The notes: generated by a model from the letters alone, not told the origin. A stretch of 64,000 nt of DNA from Hyalangium minutum (GCF_000737315.1 NZ_JMCB01000022.1:157106-221105); one strand, 5' to 3'. Numbered from the stretch's first letter, positions 39,746 to 50,459 are shown. Numbers and translations: made by a program.

Positions 39746-40246
39746 CTACTTCGAGGGCGGTGGAGTCTTCTGGGGCTCCCACTTGCGGGTGGACTCGCCG
39801 ATGGCCTCCTCGGGCCACTCCATGCCGCTGGGGACGACGATGGCGCCAGCCTCGGCGGCGGGCTTGTCTGGCAGCGCGGCGGGCTCGAGCACACCGGGCG
39901 AGAAGGAGACGAACTGCGCCTCGTACTCGTAGATGCGCCCTGCGGCACCCTTGCGCTCCACGGGGCGCGAGAGGATGACCGCGTCCGCGCCCGACTGGCA
40001 CACCGTGTCGCGCAGCAGCGCCTTGCGGCCCTTCGCCCCCTGCCACTCGTTGCCGGTGAGGCTCAGCAGGCCGATGACTTCGTACTCCTGCGGCGGCTCG
40101 CGCTGCTCGTAGACCTCGAACTGGCAGTCGGCGGGCTTGGGCGGGCGCTCGGCGAAGAGGCGCATGTCATGGAGCTGACCCGAGGTGGCACACGCTCCAG
40201 ACAGCGCGGCCGCGGCGGCGAGGGACAGGATTCGGGTGGGGCGCAT
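39746..40246 (-). CDS. Hypothetical lipoprotein
   Basis: MRPTRILSLAAAAALSGAC lipobox; GADAVIL motif resembling YbjQ/DUF4156-like small domains. Confidence 0.7.
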   Translation of the reverse strand: MRPTRILSLAAAAALSGACATSGQLHDMRLFAERPPKPADCQFEVYEQREPPQEYEVIGLLSLTGNEWQGAKGRKALLRDTVCQSGADAVILSRPVERKGAAGRIYEYEAQFVSFSPGVLEPAALPDKPAAEAGAIVVPSGMEWPEEAIGESTRKWEPQKTPPPSK

Positions 40247-40322
40247 GGGCTCCTCTCGGTCTGTGGCGTTCAACGACAGCCAGGACCGCCCATATCGCCC
40301 CAGGTGTGACTTGGGCCCGTGC

Positions 40323-41186
40323 TCAGCCGCGCAGCCGGGGGAGAATGCCCCGCAGGCTCCGGTCCACGCCGCCGCGAGGCCCCAGCTGCTCCATGGCCTT
40401 CACCTCGTACGGGAGCGAGTTGTCGCGCGCGACGAACTGCACGTGCGCCCCGAGCGCCGCCGGCAGCGCGAGGTCCAGCTCATAGATGTCGCCGGCCACC
40501 AGTGTGGCCTCGGGGCTCGTGCCCGTCCGCTTCCAGATGTCGCTCAGCGCCTCGTAGTACCGGCCGCGCCGCAGGTAGACGGGGCGCGGCAGCAGGCCCT
40601 GGGCGAAGGAGATGGACTCGGGCAGGGCAGCGAAGCGCGCATCCGAGGGCTGAGGCTCCTCGATGAGGTACTTGCGCGCATCGCCCTTCACCTGGAGCCG
40701 CTCGCGGCCCTTGGGCGCCAGCTTGTCGAGCTTGGCATCCACCAAGTCCGTGTGCGCGTTGGTCACCACCCAGATGGGCAACCCCGTGGCGAGCAGCGCC
40801 TCGAGGACTTCCTTCGCCTCGGGCTTGAAGGCCATGCCGGTCAGCTTGTAGGCCTCCCGGTAGAGCGTCTGGAGGGCCTCGTGGCGCTCGGCCTCGACGG
40901 GGAACGCGTTGTAGCGTCCCATGAGCTGACGGGCCACGCAGTTGGACAGCAGGTACGGATCCGCCGTGGCCGGTGCCACGGTGCGGCCTCCCACGTCCCA
41001 ACCGAACGCGTGCGCGCCAGCGAGCACCGCAGCCTCCTCGTCGCGCCATACAGCTTCGAGGGTGGACGGATCCTTTCCGAGCATCTCCGCCAAGTGGCTC
41101 TTGAAGTGGCGAACGAAGGGTGCGCCCTCCGCCGCGACATCGGTGAAGGTTCCGTCGAAGTCCAGCACCACGCACCCAATGGCCAT
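40323..41186 (-). CDS. HAD-superfamily hydrolase
   Basis: Motif I DFDGT, motif II VTN, motif IV GDIYELD; GGAGAGG RBS. Confidence 0.88.
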   Translation of the reverse strand: MAIGCVVLDFDGTFTDVAAEGAPFVRHFKSHLAEMLGKDPSTLEAVWRDEEAAVLAGAHAFGWDVGGRTVAPATADPYLLSNCVARQLMGRYNAFPVEAERHEALQTLYREAYKLTGMAFKPEAKEVLEALLATGLPIWVVTNAHTDLVDAKLDKLAPKGRERLQVKGDARKYLIEEPQPSDARFAALPESISFAQGLLPRPVYLRRGRYYEALSDIWKRTGTSPEATLVAGDIYELDLALPAALGAHVQFVARDNSLPYEVKAMEQLGPRGGVDRSLRGILPRLRG

Positions 41187-41424
41187 GCCTCTCCTGCGCT
41201 CCTCCAAAAAGGGGACGAACCGGATACCACGTCCCACCCTCTGGAGCGAAGTGGGCGAGGAGACGCGGTTGGTTGGAAGAGGCAGGGGCGACGCGCTGCG
41301 GCACGAAGCTTCGGCCGCCAAACCCTCTAAGGATGTGGCAGAGCGCCGCCGCTGCTCGCCTTGAGGCCCACCCCTGGAAGGCCGCTAGCGTTGGGACTCC
41401 AACAATTCGGCAGCGGAGGCCGGC

Positions 41425-42306
41425 ATGGAGGCAGCCCGAAGCGCAGCGGAGTGGCGACGCAAGCCGTGGCTGCCGTGGGCGCTTCTGGCGGGGGTGGGGG
41501 TGGCGGCGGCAGGAGGGGGGCTGATGGCCTCCCAGTCGGTCTCAGCGCTGCTGGAGCGCAATGCCCAGCTGGAGCAGCAGGCGCTGGAATCCGAGGCACG
41601 GGTGGAAGAGCTGCAGCTGCTGCGCGCGAGCATGGAGCGCCGGCTGAAAGTGCTGGAGCAGTCCCAGACGGGCACCACGGCTCAGCATGAGAGCGAGTCG
41701 AAGAAGGCGCGTGAGGCAGACGCACAGTTCGCCCGGCGCGAGGCGGCCCGGCAGACACTGGAGAAGAAGCTGAAGGCGGAGCTGGCGCAAGGCGACGTGT
41801 GGCTCGATGCGTCCCGCCCCGAGTCCCTGCGCGTGGAGCTCTCCGAGCGGCTCCTCTTCGAGCCCGGCCAGTCCGCACTGCTGCCCAAGGGCCAGGAGGT
41901 GCTCACGCGTGTGGGCACGGTGCTGGCCTCCGTGGGAGGCCATGCGGTGCAGGTGTCCTCGCACACGGACGAGATGCCCTCCGCTCCGGGTGGCGAGACC
42001 ACCGAAACGAGCTGGGAGCTGTCCTCCAGGAGAGCCACCACGGTGGTCCGCGCGCTGCTCGGGGCGCCCGTGAGCATGGCGCCGGAGCGGCTGAGCGCCA
42101 CGGGTCAGGCCTCGTTCCGGCCCGAGGTGCCGATGGACTCGCCGCAGAACCGGCTGCGCAACCGGCGCGTGGAGTTGGAGCTGACGCCCATGCCCGTGCC
42201 CCCGGCGTCGCTGCTCGCGGTGCTCGAGCCCACGCCGCCCCCCCTCGTCACCGCGAAGGCGCAGCCCGACCCAGCCAAGTCCGGCAAGCGCTCCGGCCGG
42301 CGCTGA
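41425..42306 (+). CDS. OmpA/MotB-like peptidoglycan-binding membrane protein
   Basis: TM helix, coiled coil, LLFEPG, SHTD, WELSSRRA, NRRVE. Confidence 0.85.
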   Translation: MEAARSAAEWRRKPWLPWALLAGVGVAAAGGGLMASQSVSALLERNAQLEQQALESEARVEELQLLRASMERRLKVLEQSQTGTTAQHESESKKAREADAQFARREAARQTLEKKLKAELAQGDVWLDASRPESLRVELSERLLFEPGQSALLPKGQEVLTRVGTVLASVGGHAVQVSSHTDEMPSAPGGETTETSWELSSRRATTVVRALLGAPVSMAPERLSATGQASFRPEVPMDSPQNRLRNRRVELELTPMPVPPASLLAVLEPTPPPLVTAKAQPDPAKSGKRSGRR

Positions 42307-42316
42307 GCTCAGCAAC

Positions 42317-42697
42317 TCAACGGTCCCCCTCCCCGCCACAAACCCGGAGCACCTCCTCCCACTGCATTCGCGAGCACCGCTCGAGGAACTGTGCGCTGGC
42401 CTCTTCCTTGTCCCGGAGGGTGGCTGCTTTTTCGGAGGCACTCTGGAGTGCTGCATCGAAGCGCTGACGGGCCTCGCTGGCCAGCCTCCGCACGTCCACG
42501 GGGCTGGCAAGGTAGGCCGCAGCCAACCCTCCCGGCCGGGTGAGCTCCTCATAGGCGCTGCGCAGCCGGCCAAATCCCTGAGGGTCCTGGTGAGGCGGGT
42601 GACGCGCCAGCGCCGCGAAATAAGCGCGCTTGATGGTGGCGACATCCAGGGTGGGCTGGAGGCCCAACACGACGAAGGGATCTTCTGAAGTCTTCAT
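42317..42697 (-). CDS. Non-canonical J-domain protein (HPP instead of HPD)
   Basis: DPFVVLGL...TIKRAY...HPPHQDPQGFGRLRSAYEEL; ATG overlaps the upstream stop (TGATG). Confidence 0.8.
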   Translation of the reverse strand: MKTSEDPFVVLGLQPTLDVATIKRAYFAALARHPPHQDPQGFGRLRSAYEELTRPGGLAAAYLASPVDVRRLASEARQRFDAALQSASEKAATLRDKEEASAQFLERCSRMQWEEVLRVCGGEGDR

Positions 42698-44664
42698 CAG
42701 GAGGTTCCCTCTCCCGTGGGAGGCTTCACCAGGGACAACTTCCTGGAGCGCTTGCGCTGAACTGGCGTCTTCGACGACTCCTTGTTCTTCGAGGCCTTGG
42801 GCTTGCGCGGGCGAACCCGATGCATGCGTGCCAGCATCTGCGCGTGCTTCACGGCAGGAGAGGACACGGCGGGGGGCTGCCCCGAAAAAGCCTGGAGGAA
42901 GGCTTCCAGCAGGGGCAGCAGATGTTTCAAAGGAGCCCCCTTGCGCTCGCAGGCCACCACCGCCTCGGCGAGCGCCTGCACATCCTTCGAGCGCTGCTCC
43001 AGCCAGCGGGCCCGGGTACGCCGGGAGAGTTCCTCCCTCCCGGTCCCATCCATCGCCAGCAAGACGTCCAGGTAGGCCGCATCACTGCCGCGGGCATCCA
43101 GATAGCGCGTGGCGGCGTCCCACGCCTCCGCGTCCGAGGAGGCCTGAATCACCGCCTCGTTCAAGAACTCCACCTGGTAGGGCAACATCCGAGGAGCAAA
43201 CCGGCGCCAGATGCGAAGTCCCTCGGGTGACAGCTCCATGAGGGCCTCGGCTTGCTGGAGCATCCCTCCCATCTCCAGCAATCTCTCCGCAGCCTCCACG
43301 CTGTGCGCGCCTCGCAGCAGGCGCTCCAGTTGCTGCTTCACCTTCGTGTCACGCGTCCGGTCCAGCAAGATCACCACCGCGTGGCTCAACAAGTACTTGA
43401 GCTCCTCGTCGGCAGCCTCCCAGCAGGCATCGACCCAGGACTCCACCAGCTCGCGCTTGAACGTGGCGGCCACGCACTCCGTCAACGCAACGCGCTCGGA
43501 GTGTTCGGCCGCCGCCAGCCAGGACAACAAGGCCGGCAGCTGCGCCCGAAGCAGCCGGCTCAGCCCCTCCTGAAGCCAGCCTGGGGCCAGGGCCGCCTCG
43601 GGGTCGCGCTCGTCCCACAGGAGCACGGCCCGAGCCCACAGCGCGGCATTAGGCTCCAAGAGCAACAGCGCCTCACACAGACGCAAGGCCCGGGGCAAGG
43701 CGGCATCGGAGAAGCGCACCCCGGACACGGCCTGCACCACCCAGTGCCGGGTGTCTGGTGGAAACGCCGCAGCTTGAGCCAGCGCACACCAGGGCTCGGC
43801 TTCTTCCTCGCGTGAGATTCCATCGGGCGGAAGCCCTCCCGTCACCACCCTCAGGGCCTGCAGCGCCAGGGAGGCGATGGCCGGCGAGTCCCTCACCTCT
43901 CCCGCGGCCCGCGCCAACAGCAAGGCAGGCTCCCGCAACCCCTCCACCCTCTGTGCCGCCTCCACCCGGAGCCACAGCTCGCGCGCGGCCAGCTGCGCGG
44001 CCAGCTCCCACACCGCCCGGCCCATCGAGTCAGGAACCTCTCGTGCCCATATCTGCACGCGGTTGGCGAACACGGAGTAGGGTTCCCTCGCATACAGCGC
44101 CAGAACAGCCCCTTCCACGGCCTCAGCCGTGCGAGGCCGCATCAGATGGGCATGCGGCCGTGCGGGCTCGACACCCAAGCGCGGATCCACGGCAGGCAGA
44201 CACGCGAGGAGGGGCGCTACGGACTCGGCAGCGGGGTCCCCCTCCGTGGAGAGCCATGCTTCCACGGCTCCGGCCAGCTCGGGCGCGCGCGACTGGCCCT
44301 CTGCGGCCAGGGGCTGCCACAGCCTGCGAGCCCGCGCCCACTCGCGGGCACGGCTTGCGGCCCACATCAGCGGCCAGTAGGTGGCCCGAGCCTCTTCGGG
44401 CTCCACGCCATGCTCCACGAGTCCTGGCTCCACATCCGCTCGCGCGGCCAGCGTCCCGAGCATCCCCCAGGCACCACGACGGTGCTGCTCACGCACGGCT
44501 CCCCGAAACAGCTCGGCCGCACGGGGAAGCAGGCCGTCCCGGAGCGGCCTGGGCAGCCGGAGCAACACGGGCAAGGCGCCCTCCAGGTCTCCTCGCTCCA
44601 GATACTTCCGCGCGTCCTCGTGCCACCGGCGATGCTGGCGCTCTTCGCGGTCGTGCCGGGCCAT
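42697..44664 (-). CDS. Hypothetical 655-aa helical protein with basic C-terminal tail
   Basis: ATG 1 nt after the Hsp70 stop; Ala/Leu-rich, probably alpha-solenoid; no family recognised. Confidence 0.7.
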   Translation of the reverse strand: MARHDREERQHRRWHEDARKYLERGDLEGALPVLLRLPRPLRDGLLPRAAELFRGAVREQHRRGAWGMLGTLAARADVEPGLVEHGVEPEEARATYWPLMWAASRAREWARARRLWQPLAAEGQSRAPELAGAVEAWLSTEGDPAAESVAPLLACLPAVDPRLGVEPARPHAHLMRPRTAEAVEGAVLALYAREPYSVFANRVQIWAREVPDSMGRAVWELAAQLAARELWLRVEAAQRVEGLREPALLLARAAGEVRDSPAIASLALQALRVVTGGLPPDGISREEEAEPWCALAQAAAFPPDTRHWVVQAVSGVRFSDAALPRALRLCEALLLLEPNAALWARAVLLWDERDPEAALAPGWLQEGLSRLLRAQLPALLSWLAAAEHSERVALTECVAATFKRELVESWVDACWEAADEELKYLLSHAVVILLDRTRDTKVKQQLERLLRGAHSVEAAERLLEMGGMLQQAEALMELSPEGLRIWRRFAPRMLPYQVEFLNEAVIQASSDAEAWDAATRYLDARGSDAAYLDVLLAMDGTGREELSRRTRARWLEQRSKDVQALAEAVVACERKGAPLKHLLPLLEAFLQAFSGQPPAVSSPAVKHAQMLARMHRVRPRKPKASKNKESSKTPVQRKRSRKLSLVKPPTGEGTS

Positions 44665-44665
44665 C

Positions 44666-46345
44666 TCAGGGCTCCAGATGCTGCGGCTCGTGCTCGAGGA
44701 AGAAGTCCAACAAGGCCTCTTCGGCACGCTCCCGTGCCAGGCCCTCGCTCTGTGCGTACCGCTCCAGCAGGAGCTGAAGCGCGGCGCGTGGCGCAGGCGC
44801 GAGCTGCTCGAGCAACGCCCGCCCCTTGCGCACCACGGCGCTCTGCTCCGCCGCTGGAACCTGGGCGCCCTTGCCTGCGTCAGCGACCGACAACGCCACG
44901 GTCTTCGCATTGGCCGTGCCAGGCTGGCTGACGAAGACCTTCACCACGCCATTGAGGTCATACGAGAACTCCACCCTCACCGGAGACTCCGCGGGCTGCC
45001 GCTCGAGCGGAAAGTCAAAGCTTCCCACCCGCGTGTTCTCCGAGACCCGAGGGGACTCGCCCTGGAAGACATCGACCTGAATCCGCTCCTGTTCGGGTAA
45101 CAAGGTGTAGAATTCCTGGACTCTCACCGCGGGCATCACCGTGTTGCGGCGAATGACCGGGGCAAAGGTGTCCGGCTCAGCCCGCAGCTCGTCGCCCTCA
45201 CCGAAGACGCGGACCCCCAGGCTGTGGGAGGCCACATCCACGAGGATGCGGTCCACCGGCTCACCTGTCAGAAGCCCTGCTTGGATGGCGGCGCCCAGCC
45301 CCACCGCCAGATCTGGATCCACCTCCTCGTGGATGTCGGCGCCGAATGCGTCCTCGAGAAGCTCCCGCACCCGGGGAATCCGGGTCGAGCCCCCCACCAG
45401 GCAGATCCGCGACAAGGCTTGCCCCTCAAGCGAGGCCTCCCGAACCACCTGTCGAGCCAGCGTCACGGTGGACTCGAGCAGCGGCTCGATGAGCGCCTCG
45501 AACGTGCGCCGCCGCACCTCCAGCTCCAAGTGGATGGGCCTTCCTTGAGCATGGGTGAGAAACTCCTCGCGCACGTGCACCGCGATGTCCTGCGACAGGC
45601 GGATCTTCGTCTCCTCGGCCAGCCGGCGGAGCCTCGCCATGGCGCGCACGTCCTCGCGAGGATCCACTCCCTGATGGCGCTTGAGCTCCTCCAGGAAGAG
45701 CTGAAGCAGCTTGTCGTCGAAGTCGTCACCGCCCAGGCGGGTATTGCCTGCGGTGGCGCGCACCTCGCGCACCCCTTGGAAGACCTCCAGCACCGAGACA
45801 TCAAAGGTGCCGCCGCCGAGATCATAGATGAGGAGGATCTCCGGCTCGTCACGGCCCGCGGCCTCGGGAGGCAAGAGCCTGTCATAGACGAGCGAGGCGC
45901 TGGTCGGCTCGTTGAGCAGCCGCAGCACCTGGAGCCCCGCGCGCTCACCCGCTTCCAAGGTCGCCCGGCGTTGAGCGTCATCGAAATAGGCAGGAACGGT
46001 GATGACGACATCCCTCACGGGATGGCCGGTGGCCTTCTCCGCGCCCTGCTTGAGCGCGGAGAGGATGTCGGCGGAGATCTGCTCCGGAGCCAGCTCCTGG
46101 CCAGCCAAGGAGTAGCGGTGGGCAGCCATCCCCATCTTGCGCTTCACCGAACGGACACACCGCTCAGGCCATTGCAGCTCGAGGTTGCGGGCCTCACGCC
46201 CCACCACGACCCGCTCATCCATATAGAGCACCACCGAGGGCACAATAGGGCTGCCATCAATGGGCAAGGCCACGGGGCGGCCCTCGACAAGGTGGGCGAT
46301 GACCGAGTTGGTGGTGCCAAGATCGATTCCAAAGGCATGGCTCAT
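44666..46345 (-). CDS. Hsp70-family protein (559 aa, short C-terminus)
   Basis: [39 protein letters not shown]; ATGA overlap with the GrpE-like gene. Confidence 0.93.
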   Translation of the reverse strand: MSHAFGIDLGTTNSVIAHLVEGRPVALPIDGSPIVPSVVLYMDERVVVGREARNLELQWPERCVRSVKRKMGMAAHRYSLAGQELAPEQISADILSALKQGAEKATGHPVRDVVITVPAYFDDAQRRATLEAGERAGLQVLRLLNEPTSASLVYDRLLPPEAAGRDEPEILLIYDLGGGTFDVSVLEVFQGVREVRATAGNTRLGGDDFDDKLLQLFLEELKRHQGVDPREDVRAMARLRRLAEETKIRLSQDIAVHVREEFLTHAQGRPIHLELEVRRRTFEALIEPLLESTVTLARQVVREASLEGQALSRICLVGGSTRIPRVRELLEDAFGADIHEEVDPDLAVGLGAAIQAGLLTGEPVDRILVDVASHSLGVRVFGEGDELRAEPDTFAPVIRRNTVMPAVRVQEFYTLLPEQERIQVDVFQGESPRVSENTRVGSFDFPLERQPAESPVRVEFSYDLNGVVKVFVSQPGTANAKTVALSVADAGKGAQVPAAEQSAVVRKGRALLEQLAPAPRAALQLLLERYAQSEGLARERAEEALLDFFLEHEPQHLEP

Positions 46346-46902
46346 GGACGGTTCCTCACGGTGATGGCTTCGCCCTCTCGAAGAAGGGCTCCGCCCCGAA
46401 GGACGGCGGCCCGGACGACGCGCGCAATGGAGCCCTCGGCGAGCCCCGGACGAGGCTCCGTGCCCACGACGCGGAACAGGCGTCCGTCGGGCAGCTGACC
46501 GAGGGGCGCCACGCGGGTCATCCCCGCGTGCGAGAGGGAGCGCTCGAGCCGGGCGACGACCCCCTTGAGCCCGGGCGCCAGCGCTGGGTCCGCCAGACGA
46601 ATGGCTTCCTCCAGCAGATCCAGCGCATCCAACAGCTCGCTCCACTCGGGAGCTACCTGCGAGGGAGCACCAGGAGGCGCGCTCAGGGAGGACAGCAGGG
46701 CACTGCGCAGGTCGGCGAACCCCCCTTCCAGCTTGCGCTCCAGTTCCTCGAGCTGAAGCCCCCACCGGGCCTGAGCACGAGCAGACTTCTGGACCGCCTC
46801 TGCCAAAGGCGCAGCCCAGGCGGGAGGCGTCCCCGTCGAGTCCGTTTCTTGAGGAAGTTCAGGCACTTGCGGACGTGCCTTCCAAAGACGGCGAAGCCAC
46901 AT
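46342..46902 (-). CDS. GrpE-like nucleotide exchange factor
   Basis: Helical segment (LLDALDLLE..A) followed by GQLPDGRLFRVVG...RVVRAAVLRGGALLREGE, matching the GrpE beta-domain pattern. Confidence 0.8.
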   Translation of the reverse strand: MWLRRLWKARPQVPELPQETDSTGTPPAWAAPLAEAVQKSARAQARWGLQLEELERKLEGGFADLRSALLSSLSAPPGAPSQVAPEWSELLDALDLLEEAIRLADPALAPGLKGVVARLERSLSHAGMTRVAPLGQLPDGRLFRVVGTEPRPGLAEGSIARVVRAAVLRGGALLREGEAITVRNRP

Positions 46903-47130
46903 AAGCGTTCTCAGCCCTACGACGGGTCCTCACTCAAGGTAACCCATGAAGTAGGGCGCTGCACGCACAACCTGTGACGACCTGACAGATAGGTTGCGGG
47001 AGAACCAGGCTTGGCGCCCCCTGACTGGCAGGCTCTGGCCCTCCTGTCCGACAAGCAGACGGGTGGGAACGGGCTGCGCCGGGCAGGCGCATCTCCCAAG
47101 AACGGTGGCTGGGAACGCGCGGCTTTCTGC

Positions 47131-48378
47131 TCAGGCGCCCAACGGCTTCACATCATCGGCGCGGGCGATGCGGCGCAGGTCCGGGAACAGCCACGCCCAC
47201 AGCAGCACCACGGCACAGGTCCCCACGCCCCCCAGCACCACTGCGGGCACCACGCCGAGCCACTCGGCGGTGAGGCCGGACTCGAACTCGCCCAGCTCGT
47301 TGGAGGCGCCGATGAACACCATGTTCACCGCGCTCACGCGTCCGCGCATCTCCGGAGGCGTGGCGAGCTGCACCAGCGTCTGCCGGATGACCACGCTCAC
47401 CATGTCCGACGCGCCCAGCACCACCAGGGCCACGAGCGACAGCACCAGGTGGCTCGACACCCCAAACACGATGGTGGCCAGGCCAAAGATGGCCACGCAC
47501 ACCAGCATCACCACCCCGGCGTTGCGCCGCAGTGGGAACATGGCCATGGACACCGCGATGAGGGCCGCTCCCACTGCCGGGGCGCTGCGCAGCAGGCCCA
47601 GGCCCCAGGGCCCGGTGTGGAGGATCTCTTTGGCGTAGATGGGCAGCAGGGCTGTGGCGCCGCCGAGCAGCATCGCGAAGAGATCCAGCGAGATGGCGCC
47701 CAGCACCACCTTCTGCCGCCACACGTAGCGGATGCCACCGAGCAGCCGCTGCCACGAGGTGGCCGCCCGATCCATGCGCCCCGTGCGCACCTCCATGAGC
47801 GCGAGCATCGTCGCGGCCACGGCCATCATCGCGGCACAGATGAGGTACACGCCGCTCGCGTGCACGGCGCTGTAGAGCAGGCCGCCCACGGCGGGGCCTG
47901 CGATGGTGCCCACCTGGAACACCGTCGAGTTCACCGCCACGGCCTGAGACAGGTGCTGGGCGGGCACCAAGTGGGACACGAGCGACTGGCCCGCGGGCCC
48001 CGCGAAGGCGCGCGCGGTGCCAATCAGTACCAGCACGATGTAGAGCGGCCACGTCTCCTTCGTGCCTGTCCACGCCATGCCGAACAGCAGCAGCGCGCAC
48101 ACCACCATGGTGACGTAGCAGCTCAGGAGCACGTTGCGCCGGTCGTGCCGATCCGCCGTGTCTCCCGTGACGAGCGACAGCACCACGGCAGGAAGGAACT
48201 GTGCGAGTCCCACATACCCCAGATCGAGTGGGCGCTGGGTGAGGCTATAGACGTGCCACCCCACCGCCACGGACTGCATCTGCACCCCGAGCGTCATGAA
48301 GAGGCGGGCGGCCTGGTACAGACGGAAGTCGAGGTGGGCGAAGGCGGAGCGGGCAGATCCCGCGGTCGCACTGTCCAT
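47131..48378 (-). CDS. MFS transporter (DHA3 / MFS_3-like)
   Basis: About 12 TM segments, GDTADRHDRR, TPPEMRGRV. Confidence 0.92.
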   Translation of the reverse strand: MDSATAGSARSAFAHLDFRLYQAARLFMTLGVQMQSVAVGWHVYSLTQRPLDLGYVGLAQFLPAVVLSLVTGDTADRHDRRNVLLSCYVTMVVCALLLFGMAWTGTKETWPLYIVLVLIGTARAFAGPAGQSLVSHLVPAQHLSQAVAVNSTVFQVGTIAGPAVGGLLYSAVHASGVYLICAAMMAVAATMLALMEVRTGRMDRAATSWQRLLGGIRYVWRQKVVLGAISLDLFAMLLGGATALLPIYAKEILHTGPWGLGLLRSAPAVGAALIAVSMAMFPLRRNAGVVMLVCVAIFGLATIVFGVSSHLVLSLVALVVLGASDMVSVVIRQTLVQLATPPEMRGRVSAVNMVFIGASNELGEFESGLTAEWLGVVPAVVLGGVGTCAVVLLWAWLFPDLRRIARADDVKPLGA

Positions 48379-48528
48379 GCAGTGGACATACCCGCCTGGG
48401 GCGCGCACTACCAGCACCGCCCCAGGCTTGCTTGCTCGGCCGGATCTGCGGTTTAAATAAATCCCAGCAGGCACCGTCCATGCGCACCGGCCGAGGCCGT
48501 GGCGGCCCCCCTGCTCAGGAGTTGGACC

Positions 48529-49383
48529 GTGTCGTCCATCCGCAATCTGCTGTGTGCCGCGCTGGCCACTGCCGTGCTGTTCTCGGCCCCGAGCGCGGAG
48601 GCCCGTTTCGGTAAGCGCTCCAGCTCGAGCGACTCCTCCGAGAAGAAGTCCCACGACGACAACGACGACGCCCCGCGCCGCAGCCGTCACCGCAAGTCCT
48701 CGGGCTGGGCGTTCCTGGCGGATGTCGTTCTGACGCTCCTCGTCGAAACGCGCCCGGTGGTCTACGCGTCGACGCCGCCCCCTCCTCCTCAGCCGCCGCC
48801 GCAGCAGCAGGTCCAGGTGGAGGCCCCTCCCGTCGTGACGCGATCCCGGCCCGCCCGGCCGGAGCCCACCACCAGCGTGCGGCTGGGCGTGGACGGCGCG
48901 GCCATGAACACCGTGGGCGGGCTGAGCGCCTTCCTGGGTGTCGAGGGCGTGCGCGCGGGCTTCGATGCGCGAGCGATCGGGCTCCTGATGCCCACGGATG
49001 ATGGGACGCAGGGCACGGACAACATCACGCTGATGAACCTTCACCTCACCTATGCGCTGGTCGCCACGGAGAGGGCCCGGCTGCGCATCGAGGGCGGCAT
49101 CAGCACCGCGCACGCGCCGGACATGACGGCGCTGGGCCCCAGCATCGCCCTGTCGCTCGACGCGGGCCTGGTGGGAAACCTGGACCTGGAGCTGCGCGCG
49201 CAGGCCACCCCATACCCCTACCGTCAGCTCGATGCGCAGGCGGGGCTGGCGCTCCACCTCAACGCGCTGGTGCTGCGCGGCGGGTGGCGCGGGCTCTACC
49301 TGAACGACATGGGCTGGGTGGACGACGTCGTGCACGAGGACGCCTTCGGCGGTCCATTCGTCGGCCTCGGCTTCGCGTTCTAA
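48529..49383 (+). CDS. Secreted protein with small C-terminal beta-barrel, paralogue 1
   Basis: GTG after a CAGGAG RBS; signal peptide ending AEA, then RFGKRS; C-terminus GFAF. Confidence 0.75.
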   Translation: MSSIRNLLCAALATAVLFSAPSAEARFGKRSSSSDSSEKKSHDDNDDAPRRSRHRKSSGWAFLADVVLTLLVETRPVVYASTPPPPPQPPPQQQVQVEAPPVVTRSRPARPEPTTSVRLGVDGAAMNTVGGLSAFLGVEGVRAGFDARAIGLLMPTDDGTQGTDNITLMNLHLTYALVATERARLRIEGGISTAHAPDMTALGPSIALSLDAGLVGNLDLELRAQATPYPYRQLDAQAGLALHLNALVLRGGWRGLYLNDMGWVDDVVHEDAFGGPFVGLGFAF

Positions 49384-49467
49384 ATGGAGCAGTGAATATT
49401 GAGGGGCCGCCTCCCGTCATGCGCCTACGCGCGCGATGTCAGGCGCATCCCCGTCAGGAGGCCGTCC

Positions 49468-50382
49468 GTGTCCTCTCTCCGCAACGTGCTGGTGGCCGCG
49501 GCTGTCATCGGGTTGAGCTTCTCTTCCTCCGAGGCGGAGGCGCGCTTCGGCAAACGCTCCAGCTCGACGGAAGAGAAGAAGTCCAAGGTCCACGACGCCA
49601 CCGCCGTGGGCGAAGAGTCCTCGTCCTCGGACAGCGACGACGATGACGCCGGGGGAAGTACCTCCTACTCCCCTCCTCCTCGCCGGTCGGAGCCGGGCAA
49701 TGCGGTCGGCGCCTTCTTCACCCTCCTCGAGATCCTCGCGGATACGCCGTCTCCCCAGACATATGAGACGTATGAGGTGACTTCGACGCGTGTGCCCGCG
49801 ACCGTCAGTGAGCTCCCCGAGACCGCTTCGACGAGCACTGTGGCCGCAACCCCTTCGGAGAAGCTCGGCTCCAACGTCCGGCTGGGCGTAGATGCCGCCT
49901 CCGTGGGAGGTGGCACAGGCATCTCGCTGTTCCTGGCCTTCGAGGGCGAGCGCATGGGCATGGATGTGCGCGGCACCGAGCTGACCCTGCCTACGGATGA
50001 TGGGACAGCCGGGAGCGACAGCATCAAGCTGGCGAACCTGCACCTGACCTACGCGGTGGTCGCCCGCGAGAACCTGCGCGTGCGCATCGAGGGCGGGCTC
50101 AGCGGCGCCCAGGCGCCGGACCTGTCCGTCGCGGCTCCCAGCTTCGCGGTCTCCCTCGAGGGCTGCTTGCTGCCCATGGTGGATGTGGAGCTGCGCGCGC
50201 AGGCCACGCCGTTCCCCTATCAGCAGCTCGACGCCCAGGCCGCGCTCGCCCTGCGCCTCCAGGCGCTCGTGGTGCGTGGCGGGTGGCGCGCGCTCTACCT
50301 GAACGACAACGGCATGGTGGAGGGCGAGGCGCACTCGGACGCCTTCGGTGGCCCGTTCCTCGGCGCTGGCTTCACGTTCTGA
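49468..50382 (+). CDS. Secreted protein with small C-terminal beta-barrel, paralogue 2
   Basis: Same AEA-RFGKRS start, LPTDDG loop, C-terminus GFTF. Confidence 0.75.
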   Translation: MSSLRNVLVAAAVIGLSFSSSEAEARFGKRSSSTEEKKSKVHDATAVGEESSSSDSDDDDAGGSTSYSPPPRRSEPGNAVGAFFTLLEILADTPSPQTYETYEVTSTRVPATVSELPETASTSTVAATPSEKLGSNVRLGVDAASVGGGTGISLFLAFEGERMGMDVRGTELTLPTDDGTAGSDSIKLANLHLTYAVVARENLRVRIEGGLSGAQAPDLSVAAPSFAVSLEGCLLPMVDVELRAQATPFPYQQLDAQAALALRLQALVVRGGWRALYLNDNGMVEGEAHSDAFGGPFLGAGFTF

Positions 50383-50459
50383 TCCGCTGCTGAATTTTCG
50401 AGGCAAGCAGCCGTCCAAGCCTGCATCGAGCCGCAAGGCTGACGCCCAGGAGTTGGACC

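Noticed and set aside
41425-42306. Flagellar motB assignment
   Set aside because: No motA or flagellar genes nearby and no stator Asp motif in the TM segment.
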